Made by a program: the position numbers and the translations under genes
The notes under the pieces: generated by a model
Databases searched by the model: none
Seen by the model: the letters and a program-made list of their open reading frames with translations, nothing else
Told to the model about the DNA's origin: nothing
From: an uncultured delta proteobacterium
GTDB lineage: Bacteria; Myxococcota; Myxococcia; SLRQ01
Reading direction: 5' to 3'
DNA: 64,000 nucleotides
Assembly (NCBI GenBank): GCA_963727485.1
Contig: CAVSGM010000002.1
Coordinates: 1,632,001 to 1,696,000, forward strand
Part shown: piece by piece, positions 10,855-24,609 of the stretch
How positions within the stretch are numbered: position 1 is the first letter of the stretch
Layout of the letters: the number at the start of each line of letters is the position of its first letter

Positions 10855-11988
10855 ATGGAGACCGCACTGCTCTTGCACAAGTCGGGGGGATCCACCGGTG
10901 GGTGGATGCAGAGTTGGCGATGGGACAGCGCCCTGCTCATCGGGAGCGCCGCCGTCGTCCCCATCGTGCTGTTCATGGTCTGGGCCGGGGTCCCGAACCT
11001 CACCCTGAACATCACGGTGACCGCCCTCATCGGCGGGCCCCACCTCTTCGCCACCGCGATGCCCACCTACCTGGACCGGGGCTTCCGCCGCAGCCACAAG
11101 GGGCTGCTCATCCTGGCGGCGATCGCGGTGCCGACGCTGGTCATCTGGGGCACCTTCACCAACTTCCAGGTGCTCCTCTCGATCTTCATCTTCGCCGCGT
11201 CGGTGCACGTGCTCCAGCAGAACGCCTACCTCACCGACATCTACCGGGCGCGCAAGGGCCTGCCCGAGGCGAAGTGGGCCCGGTTCGTGGACTACGGCCT
11301 GCTCTCGGTGTGCATCTATCCCATCGCCGCCTACAAGCTGGTCAACTCCGACTTCCGGCTGGGGAACGTGCAGATCCTCATCCCCAAGTTCCTCATGACC
11401 CCCGCCACCTACTGGGCGGTGTGGACGGTCTTCGGCACCTTCCTGCTGGTGTGGCTGGTGAAGACCTTCCTCGAGGTGCGTCGGCGCGAGCTCAACGTCC
11501 CCAAGACCCTGCTCATCAGCGCCACCACCGTCATCGCCTTCTTCATCCCCACGGCCGCGTCGGGGGCGCGCCTGGAGCTCGCCTTCCAGGCGGTGAACAC
11601 CTGGCACTCGGTGCAGTACCTGGGGATGATCTGGTACATCCAGAAGGTCCGCAAGGAGATGGGCCTCATCGAGTCGCCCTTCGTCCGCAAGCTCTCGGGG
11701 AGCGGCCGGCCCACCTGGTACTTCTGGGGCTTCTGCATCGCCCTGACCGGGATCATGTTCGGGGTGCTGATGGGCCTGTACTGGACCAACCCCTTCCACA
11801 TGCCCTTCATGCAGTACTACTACATGGGCATGCTCTCGGTGCTGCTGATCCACTACGTCCTCGACGGCTACGTGTTCCTGGTGGCCAACCGCGAGGGCAC
11901 CGACGTGCGCACCATGCCCTACGCGGCGCCGGCGTTCCGGCCGGCCCAAGCCCCGGCGGGCGCTCCGGTGCCGGCGGTGGCGGGCTGA
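10855..11988 (+). CDS. Multi-pass membrane protein with four spaced His motifs, function unknown
   Basis: About 8-9 hydrophobic segments; PHLFAT, HVLQQN, HSVQY, HYVLDG; strong host codon bias; divergent from FAAL. Confidence 0.75.
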   Translation: METALLLHKSGGSTGGWMQSWRWDSALLIGSAAVVPIVLFMVWAGVPNLTLNITVTALIGGPHLFATAMPTYLDRGFRRSHKGLLILAAIAVPTLVIWGTFTNFQVLLSIFIFAASVHVLQQNAYLTDIYRARKGLPEAKWARFVDYGLLSVCIYPIAAYKLVNSDFRLGNVQILIPKFLMTPATYWAVWTVFGTFLLVWLVKTFLEVRRRELNVPKTLLISATTVIAFFIPTAASGARLELAFQAVNTWHSVQYLGMIWYIQKVRKEMGLIESPFVRKLSGSGRPTWYFWGFCIALTGIMFGVLMGLYWTNPFHMPFMQYYYMGMLSVLLIHYVLDGYVFLVANREGTDVRTMPYAAPAFRPAQAPAGAPVPAVAG

Positions 11989-12024
11989 TCCCGTCGCCGG
12001 CCGTGGTGGGCTGATCCCGTCGCC
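11971..12024 (+). repeat. 26-bp tandem duplication spanning the stop codon
   Basis: ccggcggtggcgggctgatcccgtcg followed by ccggccgtggtgggctgatcccgtcg. Confidence 0.7.
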
Positions 12025-12252
12025 CGCGTCGACGCGGCGGCCATGACCCCAAGCGATCACGGGCCGCCGCCCTCGTGATCCGCGCCGCGCCGGGGCCTCC
12101 CCCGGCACCCCTCTGAACGCGTCACGTTGGGATACGTTGGGGCGGATTGCCCCAATGGGATACGTTGTACTGCGCTCGACGGGTCGGCCACCCCCCGCCG
12201 CCCGGGCACGCCCCGCGCATCGAGGGGCGAGGCGCTGTCCCCAACGCGCGCC

Positions 12253-13611
12253 TCAGCGCCGCGACCCGGTCGGGGGCGCGGGCGGCACCGCGGGCGCGGG
12301 CGGCGCCGCGGGGGCGGGCGGCGCGGGCAGGGCCTGGCGCAGCCCCTCGAGGAGGGCGGCCACCGCCCGGGGGCCGAAGTAGGCCTGCCGGCTCTCCCCG
12401 GTCCGGGCGGCGAGGGCCCCCGGGGTCTCGAGGTAGCCGAGGTAGCCCAGGGCCAGGCCCACCACCCGCACCGGGCCCCCGGCGCGTCGGGCGAGCCGCC
12501 GGGTCCAGCGGGCGGCGAGGGGCGAGACCGGCTCCCCGGGGACCATCGCCAGGGTCAGGTCCCCGACGCCGAGGGTCGCGACCTGGGCGCTGCGGGGGGC
12601 GAAGGGGACCAGGAGGTTGCCGGCGAGGTGCCGGAGGCCCAGGGGCGCCACCGTGTCCCCGGTGGGCGCCGGGAGGTCCACGGTGGCGCCGCCGAGGCGC
12701 ACCGCCCGGGGGGCGGCGGGGGTGAGGGGCAGGGCCCGGACCGCCGCCGCGACCGTCTCCCCCAGGGCGACCATCCGGGCGTCCTTGGAGCCCGCCCCGG
12801 GGATGGGCGCGCTGGTGACGTCGCCCACCGCCCCCTGGAGGAAGACGGTGGTGCCGTCGAGGTGCCGGGCGAGGACCCCGGGCCACCCGGCGGAGAGGCG
12901 GTGGTCGTGGGCCCCGAGGACGGTGGCGTGGCAGGCGAAGACCACCACCCGGCCCAGGGGCGGGCCCCCGGCGGCGGGGTCGACCTCGACCACGGTGAGG
13001 CGCCGGTCGGGGCGGCGGCCCGGGTCCCGGCTCCGGCAGATCGCGGGCCCGGGGCCGGTGCCCAGGCGCAGGCGCGCCGGCACCGCCTGCGCCGCCGCCC
13101 GGGTGAGCGCCGCCACCGTGTCCTTGACCACCCGGCGGGTGTAGCGGGCGTCGGAGCGGCCCAGGCCGATGAGCTCGGCGAGGGGATCGTCCCAGAGGCC
13201 GCCGGGGCCGTTGTGGGTGTGGGTGGCGGCGACCACCACCCGGTCGATCCCGGCGCCCTTCGCCCCGGCGGCGATGGCGGCGGCGAGCGGGGGCGGGACG
13301 AGGACCACGTCGAGGCTCACCAGGCCCACCCGGTGCCCGCCGCCGGCGAGGACCAGGACCCGGGCGTTCACCGGGTCCCGGACGGCGGTGAAGTGGGCGC
13401 CGTGGCGGCTCCCGAAGCCCCCCAGGGGCAGGGGGCGGGTCGGGGTGAGGTCGGCCTCGGCGAAGCCGGCGGCCAGCGGCGCCGGGAGGACCACCGGGGC
13501 CAGCGGGTGCACCGCCACCGTCCGGCGCGGGCGCAGGTCGAAGGACCCCACGGCCCACACGCCGAGGATCACCCCGAGGGCCAGAAGGCCCAGGCGCCGC
13601 GCCCGCTTCAT
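12253..13611 (-). CDS. Neutral/alkaline ceramidase-like N-terminal-domain hydrolase, secreted or membrane-anchored
   Basis: AGFAEADLTP..LPLGGF, RDPVNAR, ATHTHNGPG, FACHAT, FLQGAVGD, VPGEP, GYLGY; N-terminal hydrophobic anchor. Confidence 0.75.
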   Translation of the reverse strand: MKRARRLGLLALGVILGVWAVGSFDLRPRRTVAVHPLAPVVLPAPLAAGFAEADLTPTRPLPLGGFGSRHGAHFTAVRDPVNARVLVLAGGGHRVGLVSLDVVLVPPPLAAAIAAGAKGAGIDRVVVAATHTHNGPGGLWDDPLAELIGLGRSDARYTRRVVKDTVAALTRAAAQAVPARLRLGTGPGPAICRSRDPGRRPDRRLTVVEVDPAAGGPPLGRVVVFACHATVLGAHDHRLSAGWPGVLARHLDGTTVFLQGAVGDVTSAPIPGAGSKDARMVALGETVAAAVRALPLTPAAPRAVRLGGATVDLPAPTGDTVAPLGLRHLAGNLLVPFAPRSAQVATLGVGDLTLAMVPGEPVSPLAARWTRRLARRAGGPVRVVGLALGYLGYLETPGALAARTGESRQAYFGPRAVAALLEGLRQALPAPPAPAAPPAPAVPPAPPTGSRR

Positions 13612-13776
13612 CGGCGCCGAGGGTAGCCCGAAGCGGGCCGGCGCGCAGGCCCGGCGCCCCACGGGGATCGCGCGGTCCGGCCGGCGTCCCCTTGTCCGCG
13701 CCCCGGGGTTGCGCTCCGCCGTCCGCCCGCGCATCATCCCGGCCCGCGTTGGGCCTCGCGCCCCGGAGGGCTCGCC

Positions 13777-15199
13777 ATGTTCGACAAGCTCAAGGAGTAC
13801 TGCGGGGTCTTCGGGATCTACGGGCATCCCGAGGCCGCCAACCTCGCCTACCTCGGCCTCCACGCCCAGCAGCACCGGGGCCAGGAGTCGGCGGGCATCG
13901 TCTCGGCGAAGGACGGCCACCTCTACTCCCACCGGGCCATGGGCCTGGTCGCCGACATCTTCGGCGAGGAGGTCCTGGAGAAGCTCCCGGGGACGGCGGC
14001 CATCGGGCACGTGCGCTACTCCACCGCCGGCGACTCCCACGTGAAGAACGCCCAGCCGTTCACCGTGGAGTACGCCGACGGGCCCATGGCGGTGGCCCAC
14101 AACGGCAACCTCATCAACGCCCTCGAGCTCCGGGAGCGCCTGGAGCAGGCCGGGTCGATCTTCCAGTCCAACATGGACACCGAGGTGCTCATCCACCTCC
14201 TCGCCCGCAACCGCCACGGCACCTTCCTCGACCGGCTGGTCGAGACCCTCGCCGAGGTCCGCGGCGCCTGGTCCCTGGTGTTCCTCACGCCCAATGCGCT
14301 CATCGGCGCCCGGGACCCCCTGGGGTTCCGGCCCCTGGTCCTCGGCCGGCAGAAGGGCGCCTACGTCCTGGCCTCGGAGACCTGCGCCCTCGACCTCATC
14401 GAGGCCGAGTTCATCCGGGAGATCGAGCCTGGGGAGATCGTGGTCATCGACGGCGAGGGGCTCACCTCCCTGCGCCCCGAGTCCCTGAAGGCCGATCGCA
14501 CCGGCCACTGCATCTTCGAGCTGGTCTACTTCGCCCGCCCCGACTCCATGGTCTTCGGGCGCAGCGTCTGGGAGGCGCGCAAGGCCATGGGCCGGCGCCT
14601 GGCGAAGGAGCACCCGGTCGAGGCGGACCTGGTGATCCCCGTCCCCGACTCGGGGGTCCCGGCGGCGCTCGGGCTACGCCGAGGAGAGCGGCGTCCCCTT
14701 CGACCTGGGGCTGGTGCGCAGCCACTACGTGGGCCGCACCTTCATCGAGCCCAGCCAGTCCATCCGCCACTTCGGGGTCAAGCTCAAGCTCTCGCCGGTG
14801 CGCGCGGCGCTGAAGGACAAGCGGGTGGTGGTGGTCGACGACTCCATCGTCCGGGGCACCACCAGCCGCAAGATCGTCGCCCTGCTCCGGGGCGCCGGGG
14901 CCCGGGAGGTCCACCTGCGGATCTCCAGCCCCCCCACCACCGACCCCTGCTACTTCGGCATCGACACCCCCACCAAGCAGGAGCTCATCGCCGCCAGCCA
15001 CTCGGTGGAGGAGATCGCCCGGTACATCACCGCCGACACCCTGGGCTACCTCTCGGTGGAGGGCCTCCACGCCTCGGTGAAGGACCCCGGCGAGACCTTC
15101 TGCGACAGCTGCTTCACCAGCCGCTACCTCCTGAACCTCCCCGACGACGAGTCCCGGGCCCGGATGCGCCACCCGGGGGTGAGCTTCGCCAGCCGCTGA
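13777..15199 (+). CDS. purF: Amidophosphoribosyltransferase, +1 frameshift near 14670
   Basis: [58 protein letters not shown]. Confidence 0.95.
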
Positions 15200-15221
15200 G
15201 GAACGTGGTAACGCTTGACCC

Positions 15222-15980
15222 ATGGCCGACCTGGCGGAGCTGCTCCTCACCCACAACGAGATCGACTGGAACCAGCTGGAGAGCGCCCGGGGCCAGCAGC
15301 AGTTCTCCGGGGCGCGCCTGGAGCACATCCTCGTCGACGCCCGGATGATCCCGGAGAAGCGGCTGGCCGACGCCATCGCCCGGGTCACCCACACCGAGCG
15401 GGTCCACCTCGACGCGCTCCCCCCGGACGGCGCCGCCCTGGCCAAGCTCCCCGCCGACTTCTGCTGGGCCGACGTGGTGTTCCCGGTGGCCCTCGAGGGC
15501 AGCGGCCGGGTGCTCAAGGTCGCCTTCACCGATCCCATGGACCTCGGCCTCACCGACAAGGTCGCCGGGCGCTCCGGGTGCCGGGTGGTGCCGGTGGTCG
15601 CCGGCCTCTACGAGATCCGCCGGGCCATCCGCCGCCACTACCACGGCGAGGACGTGGAGACCCCCGCGGAGGCCGCCGCCGAGACCGAGGAAGAGGCGTT
15701 CAAGATCACCGACATGGCCGGGCACACCATGGTCACCTCGAAGGACCAGGTGAAGGCACAGGCGCCCGCGGCCCGCCCCCAGGCGCCGCCCCCGCCGGTG
15801 GCCGACGACCCCGCCGACGTCCTCTTCGACGTGCGCACCCTCGGCCCCGAGGAGCTGGCGCGCCTCCGGAAGATCCAGGCGAACCAGCAGAAGAGCGCCC
15901 TGGTGCTCCGGGCGATCCTCGAGCTCCTCGAGGAGCGTGGGTACCTCACCCGCGCCGAGGTCGAGGCCCGGGGCAGGTAA
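15222..15980 (+). CDS. GspE/PilB N-terminal (MshEN-like) domain protein without ATPase
   Basis: LAELLL...[21 protein letters not shown] and [11 protein letters not shown]; c-di-GMP motif degenerate. Confidence 0.7.
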   Translation: MADLAELLLTHNEIDWNQLESARGQQQFSGARLEHILVDARMIPEKRLADAIARVTHTERVHLDALPPDGAALAKLPADFCWADVVFPVALEGSGRVLKVAFTDPMDLGLTDKVAGRSGCRVVPVVAGLYEIRRAIRRHYHGEDVETPAEAAAETEEEAFKITDMAGHTMVTSKDQVKAQAPAARPQAPPPPVADDPADVLFDVRTLGPEELARLRKIQANQQKSALVLRAILELLEERGYLTRAEVEARGR

Positions 15981-16023
15981 CCACCCCCGCCCGGGGGGCG
16001 AAGCCCGTCGGAAGGGAGCGCCC

Positions 16024-19518
<3,495 letters not shown>

Positions 19519-19544
<26 letters not shown>

Positions 19545-20907
19545 CCGGCGTCCTCGGCGACCTCGACGGTCCTGGGGGCCTCGTCGTCACGGGGTCCGCG
19601 TCGTCACCGGGGTCCGCGTCGTCACCGGGGTCCGCGTCGTCCGCGTCCGCGGCCTCGGCGTCCCCGTCCCCGAGGCCGAGGTCCGGGGCCTCGGTGTAGA
19701 GCACCAGGTCGGCCTTCCCGGCCCGGGCGCCCTTGTCGAGGAGGGCGTAGACGTCGCCGAGGACCGCGTCGGCGTCGGGGTAGCGGTCGTGGGGATCGTC
19801 GCGGGTGAGGCGATCGAAGAGGGCGTCGACGCCCTTGGGGACCTCGGCCCCGGCCTCCGAGGGCAGCGGCGCCCGGCGCCCGGGGGCCTGGCCCACCAAG
19901 AGCTCGTAGAGGAGGATCCCGAGGCCGTAGAGGTCGGCGGTGGGCCCGATGTCGCCGCGGCTCACCTGCTCCGGGGCCAGGTAGGCCATGCCGGTGGTGG
20001 AGAGGAAGACGTTGGGCAGCGCGGTGACCCGGCTGGCGTCCACCTCGAGGACGCTGGAGAGGCCGAAGTCGCCAAGGCGCACGTTCCCCCAGGCGTCGAG
20101 GAGGAGGTTCTCGGGCTTGAGGTTCTTGTGGAGCACGCCGTCGGCGTGGGCCGCGCGCAGGGCGTGGAGGGCCTGGTGGAGGTAGCGCAGGACCACCGGC
20201 ACCGGCAGGCCGCCGCCCTTGCGCCGGAGCACCTCGCGCACCGAGCCCCCGGGCTGGTAGGCCATGACGAAGAAGGGGTGGGCCACGTCGGGGTCGAGGT
20301 CGAGGATCTCGACGATGCCCGGGTGGCGCAGGGCGGCCTGGGCGGTGACCGCCGTCTCCAGGCGCCTGGCCACCTCGCCCCGCTCGAGGAAGGCGAAGTG
20401 GCTGAACAGGTCCTTGATCTCCTTGATCGCCACCTCGGTCCCGAGGGTGGTGTGGCGACCGCGGTAGACGGTCCCGAGGCCCCCGGAGCCCACCGCGTCG
20501 TACTTCACCCAGTGGGTGTCGTGGACCGCGGCCCCCCGGCCGCTGCCGGCGTGGACGGTGGCGGGCTCGGGCTCGTCCTCGATCCGGGGCGCCGGCGCCT
20601 CCTCGAGGCGGTGGGCGAAGTAGTCGGTGAGCTCGAGGGTGAAGCGGTCGCCGTCGTAGCCCTCGACCACCCGGCCGCCGTCCTCGGTCAGCCCCAGGGT
20701 GTGGGTCTGGCGGTTGAGGGTGATGTAGTTGAACTTCTTGAGGAACTTCAGGTAGTCGGCGAAGTCCAGGGTCACCGCGCCCGCGAGGGCGTCGCGGACG
20801 TCGGCCATGTGGTTCGCCTTCCCCTCGGCCTCGCCGGTGGCGAGGTGCTGGAGGATGAACCTGGCCTCGCCCGTGATCACCTCCGGGGTCACCACAGTGT
20901 CTGACAT
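19519..20907 (-). CDS. Hanks-type Ser/Thr kinase-like protein, probable pseudokinase
   Basis: GSGGLGTVY, VAIKE, HKNLKPEN, DFGL, YLAPEQ, ADLYGLG; acidic DDADPG repeats at the C-terminus; true stop may be near 19541. Confidence 0.85.
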
Positions 20908-20984
20908 CGGGGGCCTCCGTCCTTCAGGGTGCGAAGGGCGATTATTCGCCCGCGCGCCGCCCCGGATCAAGGATGGCCGGCCTT

Positions 20985-21293
20985 TCAGCCCTGGAGGAGC
21001 CCGAGGGTCGCCGCGTACCACATGAGGAAGAGGGCGGCGATGCACAGGAGCAGGGCGACGATGCTCACCGCCGGCGACCACTTGGACCACCAGGGCTGGG
21101 GCGGGAGCTCGGGCTCCTCGGGGGGCTGCTCGCCCTGGGCGCTGGCGTGGCGACGCAGGCGCCGCCGATGGCGTGCCAGCCGCCGGCTCTGACCCTTGTT
21201 CCCCCGGGTGAAGTGCCAGGCGTTGGCCAGGAGCACGAACACCGCGAAGAGGACGAAGATCAGCAGGTACTTGTAGAAGGCCTCCTTGTACAT
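20985..21293 (-). CDS. Small two-TM membrane protein
   Basis: MYKEAFYKYLLIFVLF... with two hydrophobic helices. Confidence 0.6.
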   Translation of the reverse strand: MYKEAFYKYLLIFVLFAVFVLLANAWHFTRGNKGQSRRLARHRRRLRRHASAQGEQPPEEPELPPQPWWSKWSPAVSIVALLLCIAALFLMWYAATLGLLQG

Positions 21294-21390
21294 CGCGCGC
21301 TCCGTCGTCGGTGGAAGGCGTGGGCGTGCCCCCGGTGACCCGCCCCGTGCCGTCTTGCGACCCCCGGGCGGGGCCGCTAGCCTAGCCCAG

Positions 21391-21924
21391 GTGAGCCCTT
21401 CGCGCCGAGGCCTTCTCCCGCTGCTGGCCGTCCTCCTCCTCGCCCCGGCGTGCGCCCACGCGCCACAGGCCCCGCCCGCCGCGCCGGCGCCACCCCCCGT
21501 CGCCTGGAAGGTGATCCAGCTGCCGGGGACCGGGGTGGTCAAGGCCAAGGTCCGAAGCCCCCAGGCCCTGCGCCAGCGCCTCGGCGCCGCCCTGCGCCAG
21601 GGGCACGCCGCCGGGTGGCGGTTCACCGGGCCGCCGATGATCGTGGTGCCGCCGTCGGGCCCGCGGCTCCTCGCGATCCCCGTGGCCGGGCGCCCGTCGG
21701 TGTCGCCGCCGTTCTCCTTCACCCTGCGGCTGCCCACCCGGGCCGCGGTGGAGACGGCGACCGGGCCCCTGCCCGAGGTGGAGACCCGGGCCCGGGCGAT
21801 GCGCCGGCAGCTCGCGGCCCACGGCCTGAAGCCCGCCGGACCCCTGGTCCTGGAGCTGGTCGACGATCCGGGGGCTACTCCGCCGAGCCGGCGCCGGACC
21901 CGGATCGTGATCCCGCTGAAGTAG
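21391..21924 (+). CDS. Hypothetical lipoprotein
   Basis: Lipobox LAPAC; GTG start 7 nt after TAGCCT. Confidence 0.55.
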   Translation: MSPSRRGLLPLLAVLLLAPACAHAPQAPPAAPAPPPVAWKVIQLPGTGVVKAKVRSPQALRQRLGAALRQGHAAGWRFTGPPMIVVPPSGPRLLAIPVAGRPSVSPPFSFTLRLPTRAAVETATGPLPEVETRARAMRRQLAAHGLKPAGPLVLELVDDPGATPPSRRRTRIVIPLK

Positions 21925-22519
21925 CCCGGCGCGACACCCAGACCTCCACCGCGCCGGCCCGGGGGTAGAGGCCGACGCGCGCCGTGGCCCGGCGGCGGGT
22001 GAAACGGAGCACCTGGCCCTTGCCGTCGGCGCCGGCGTAGAGGAGCTTCCAGCCCTGGGCGTGCATCCCCCGGCGCGCCGCGCGGGTCAGCCGGGTGACG
22101 CTGCCGCCCGTCACTCGGACCACGGCGGTGGCGAGGCCGCCGGCCTGGGTGTCGTAGGCCGCGGGGCCGGTGGCGGCGGGGACCCAGAGGTCGTGGGGGA
22201 GGTCGCCGCGGCCGGTCTTCCCCGGCGACGCCGGGAGCTTGGGGGCGAGGGCGGCGGCGAGGTGGCTCGGGGCGGCGCCGCCGGACCCGGCCGTGTCGCC
22301 GTGCCCGTGGAGGAGCCCCGAGGGGACGTAGTGGGCCACCGCCTGCTCCTTCTTGGCGAGCCAGGGCCGGCCCCAGCGCCGCCACCCGAGCCAGCCGCCC
22401 ACCGCCAGCACCGCCACCAGGGCCAGGAGCCCCCCGCAGCCGACCAGGCACCCCTTGCGGCAGCCGCCGGTGGTCTTCGCCGGGGCGCCGCCGGGCGCGC
22501 CGCCCACCGGGGCGCTCAC
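21875..22519 (-). CDS. Hypothetical membrane-anchored protein
   Basis: GCRKGCLVGCGGLLALV N-terminal anchor; GTGA overlap with the upstream gene. Confidence 0.55.
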   Translation of the reverse strand: MSAPVGGAPGGAPAKTTGGCRKGCLVGCGGLLALVAVLAVGGWLGWRRWGRPWLAKKEQAVAHYVPSGLLHGHGDTAGSGGAAPSHLAAALAPKLPASPGKTGRGDLPHDLWVPAATGPAAYDTQAGGLATAVVRVTGGSVTRLTRAARRGMHAQGWKLLYAGADGKGQVLRFTRRRATARVGLYPRAGAVEVWVSRRATSAGSRSGSGAGSAE

Positions 22520-23409
22520 GGCCCCACCGTGAGCCAGGTGACCACCTGGCCGCCGTCGAGGAGCGGCAGGGTCCGCACCGCGTGCACCGAGACCCCGATG
22601 GCGTCGCCCGCGAGGTGCACCGGCCACCGCCGCGGCTCGGGCGGCGGGATCACCTGGGGGTGGGTGGCGAGGCTGTCGGCCTGCTTCATCAGCGCCTTGA
22701 AGGGCCCGGCGCTCGCCGGCAGCTTGCCCGTGGAGAAGGGCAGCTCGCCGTGGATGGTGAGGTGGTCGCCGTGGCCGTCGAGGCGCACCCCGCCCATGGG
22801 GCTCTCGAGGGCCGACTGCCCCTCGACGCGCACCGGGTGGACCAGCTCGCCGTCGAGGTGGAAGTGGCCGGTGGCGTCGTAGCGCAGCGCCAGGCGGGGC
22901 CCGCCCTTCTCGTGCCACCCCGCCGGCGGGTCCTGCCACCGCCCGTGGGCGAAGCGGATCACCCCCTGGGCCCGCATGTGGTCCTTGAGCTTGGGCCCGC
23001 CCTCGCTGGCGACGTGGGTCTCGTCCCGGAGGTCGTAGTCGAGGGTGGCGTCGGTGAGGTGGTAGCCCCGGGCGTCCCGGGCGAGGGTGAAGTGCGCGGT
23101 GACCACGTAGCTGTTCTCGATGAACACGCCCTGGTCGGGGCCCGCGTCGGGCGCGGGGAGCCCGTGGATCACGGCGGCGAAGTGCGCCGGGAGCTCGATG
23201 CCCAGGAGCATGAGGCTGGCGATGCCCAGCGGCGCCGCGTCCAGGCCCCTCGCCTCGACGGTGAGGACCCCGTGGAGGGTCTGGCCACCCGGGGCCGCCC
23301 GGGCGCCGGTGGCCGGGGCGGCGAGGGCCCCGGCGACGAGGAGGACGAGGCCCGCGGCGAGGCGTCCCGGCCGCCGGCGGCGTGCGCGAGGATGATCGAC
23401 GGGGATCAT
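22516..23409 (-). CDS. Hypothetical secreted protein
   Basis: Signal peptide; host codon usage. Confidence 0.55.
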   Translation of the reverse strand: MIPVDHPRARRRRPGRLAAGLVLLVAGALAAPATGARAAPGGQTLHGVLTVEARGLDAAPLGIASLMLLGIELPAHFAAVIHGLPAPDAGPDQGVFIENSYVVTAHFTLARDARGYHLTDATLDYDLRDETHVASEGGPKLKDHMRAQGVIRFAHGRWQDPPAGWHEKGGPRLALRYDATGHFHLDGELVHPVRVEGQSALESPMGGVRLDGHGDHLTIHGELPFSTGKLPASAGPFKALMKQADSLATHPQVIPPPEPRRWPVHLAGDAIGVSVHAVRTLPLLDGGQVVTWLTVGP

Positions 23410-23435
23410 GGCCTACCGTTCTACTACCGCGCGCC

Positions 23436-24089
23436 TCAGAAGTCCGCGCCCAGGCTCACGCCCGGCACCACCAGCACCGAGGGAGCGCTGCCCCCGGAGA
23501 AGACGAGGCCCAGGGCGAGCTCGGGCCCGAGGCGCAGGGCCCCCAGGCGTCGGCTCCAGGCCAGGGTGAGGAGGAGCTGGTGGGCGCCGGTGACGCGGCC
23601 GGCGGTGTCGGTGGCGTAGGCGTAGCGCAGGGCCGCGGCGAAGGTGTCGGCGTCGTCGGGGTCGAGCTCCACCAGGGGTCCGCCGAAGACCGCGAGGCCG
23701 AGGTCGGTCCCCGAGGCGATGCAGGTCGTTCCCTGGCAGCTGCCCACCGAGAGGCTTCCCTCGACGCCGTGGAGGAGGCCCAGGCGCAGGTGGGGCCGGC
23801 GCAGGAGGAGGAGATCGCCCTCGGCGCCGACGACGAAGCTGCTCCCCTCGAGGGCCAGGGTGTAGCGGGGGGCGAGGCGCAGGGTGAGGCTCGCCGCCGT
23901 CCCCAGGGCGTAGAGCCAGGTGTTGCCGGTGGCGCCGTCGTGCTCGATCACCGGCGCCGCGGCGAGGGCGACCCGGCCGTGCCCCGTCGCCGGGGGCCGG
24001 ACGAAGGGCAGGGTGGACACCGGCGGGGGGGCGGTGACGCAGCTGGTGAGGAGGACCACCAGGATGAGGCCGGGACGCAGGGATCGCAT
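23436..24089 (-). CDS. Hypothetical lipoprotein, possible beta-barrel
   Basis: Lipobox LTSC; amphipathic beta-strand pattern; terminal Phe. Confidence 0.55.
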   Translation of the reverse strand: MRSLRPGLILVVLLTSCVTAPPPVSTLPFVRPPATGHGRVALAAAPVIEHDGATGNTWLYALGTAASLTLRLAPRYTLALEGSSFVVGAEGDLLLLRRPHLRLGLLHGVEGSLSVGSCQGTTCIASGTDLGLAVFGGPLVELDPDDADTFAAALRYAYATDTAGRVTGAHQLLLTLAWSRRLGALRLGPELALGLVFSGGSAPSVLVVPGVSLGADF

Positions 24090-24111
24090 GGGCGTGCTCC
24101 TCGGGGGCTGC

Positions 24112-24609
24112 CTAGAAGGTCTGGGCGCTGAAGCTGGTCTGCCCGCCGGCGGTGGCGGTGTCCAGGGCCTTGGCCTCGGCGGACGGAGCCGGGGCGAAGG
24201 CCTCGTAGCCTACCTGGAGGCGAGTCGTCTCGCAGCTCACGTCGAGGGTCACCGCGTTGCCGCCGGTGCCCACCACCACCTTCGAGGCGCCTTGGACCTG
24301 GTAGGGGTCCCACTCGCCGGCGCCCTCGCTGCTGACGGTGTGCGCCGCCTTGGAGACCGAGATCAGCCCCTGCCAGGCCGTGCCGCCGGCGGCGAACCCG
24401 TAGACCGCGAAGGCCTGGCAGTCGCTCTGCGCACACTCGGGCTGGCTGGGGCAGTCGCAGCCCTGGGCGCTCCCCAGCCACCAGCCGACGACGCACTGGG
24501 ACAGCGGTGGCGTGCTGCCGCCGTCCTGGCCGCCCCCGGTCCCGGGGCGCCCACAGCCCACCGCCAGCGCCCACACCAGGCCCAGCGTCCACAGCCGCGC
24601 GCGGGTCAT
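24112..24609 (-). CDS. Hypothetical Cys-containing lipoprotein
   Basis: Lipobox AVGC; ATGA overlap with the upstream gene. Confidence 0.6.
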   Translation of the reverse strand: MTRARLWTLGLVWALAVGCGRPGTGGGQDGGSTPPLSQCVVGWWLGSAQGCDCPSQPECAQSDCQAFAVYGFAAGGTAWQGLISVSKAAHTVSSEGAGEWDPYQVQGASKVVVGTGGNAVTLDVSCETTRLQVGYEAFAPAPSAEAKALDTATAGGQTSFSAQTF

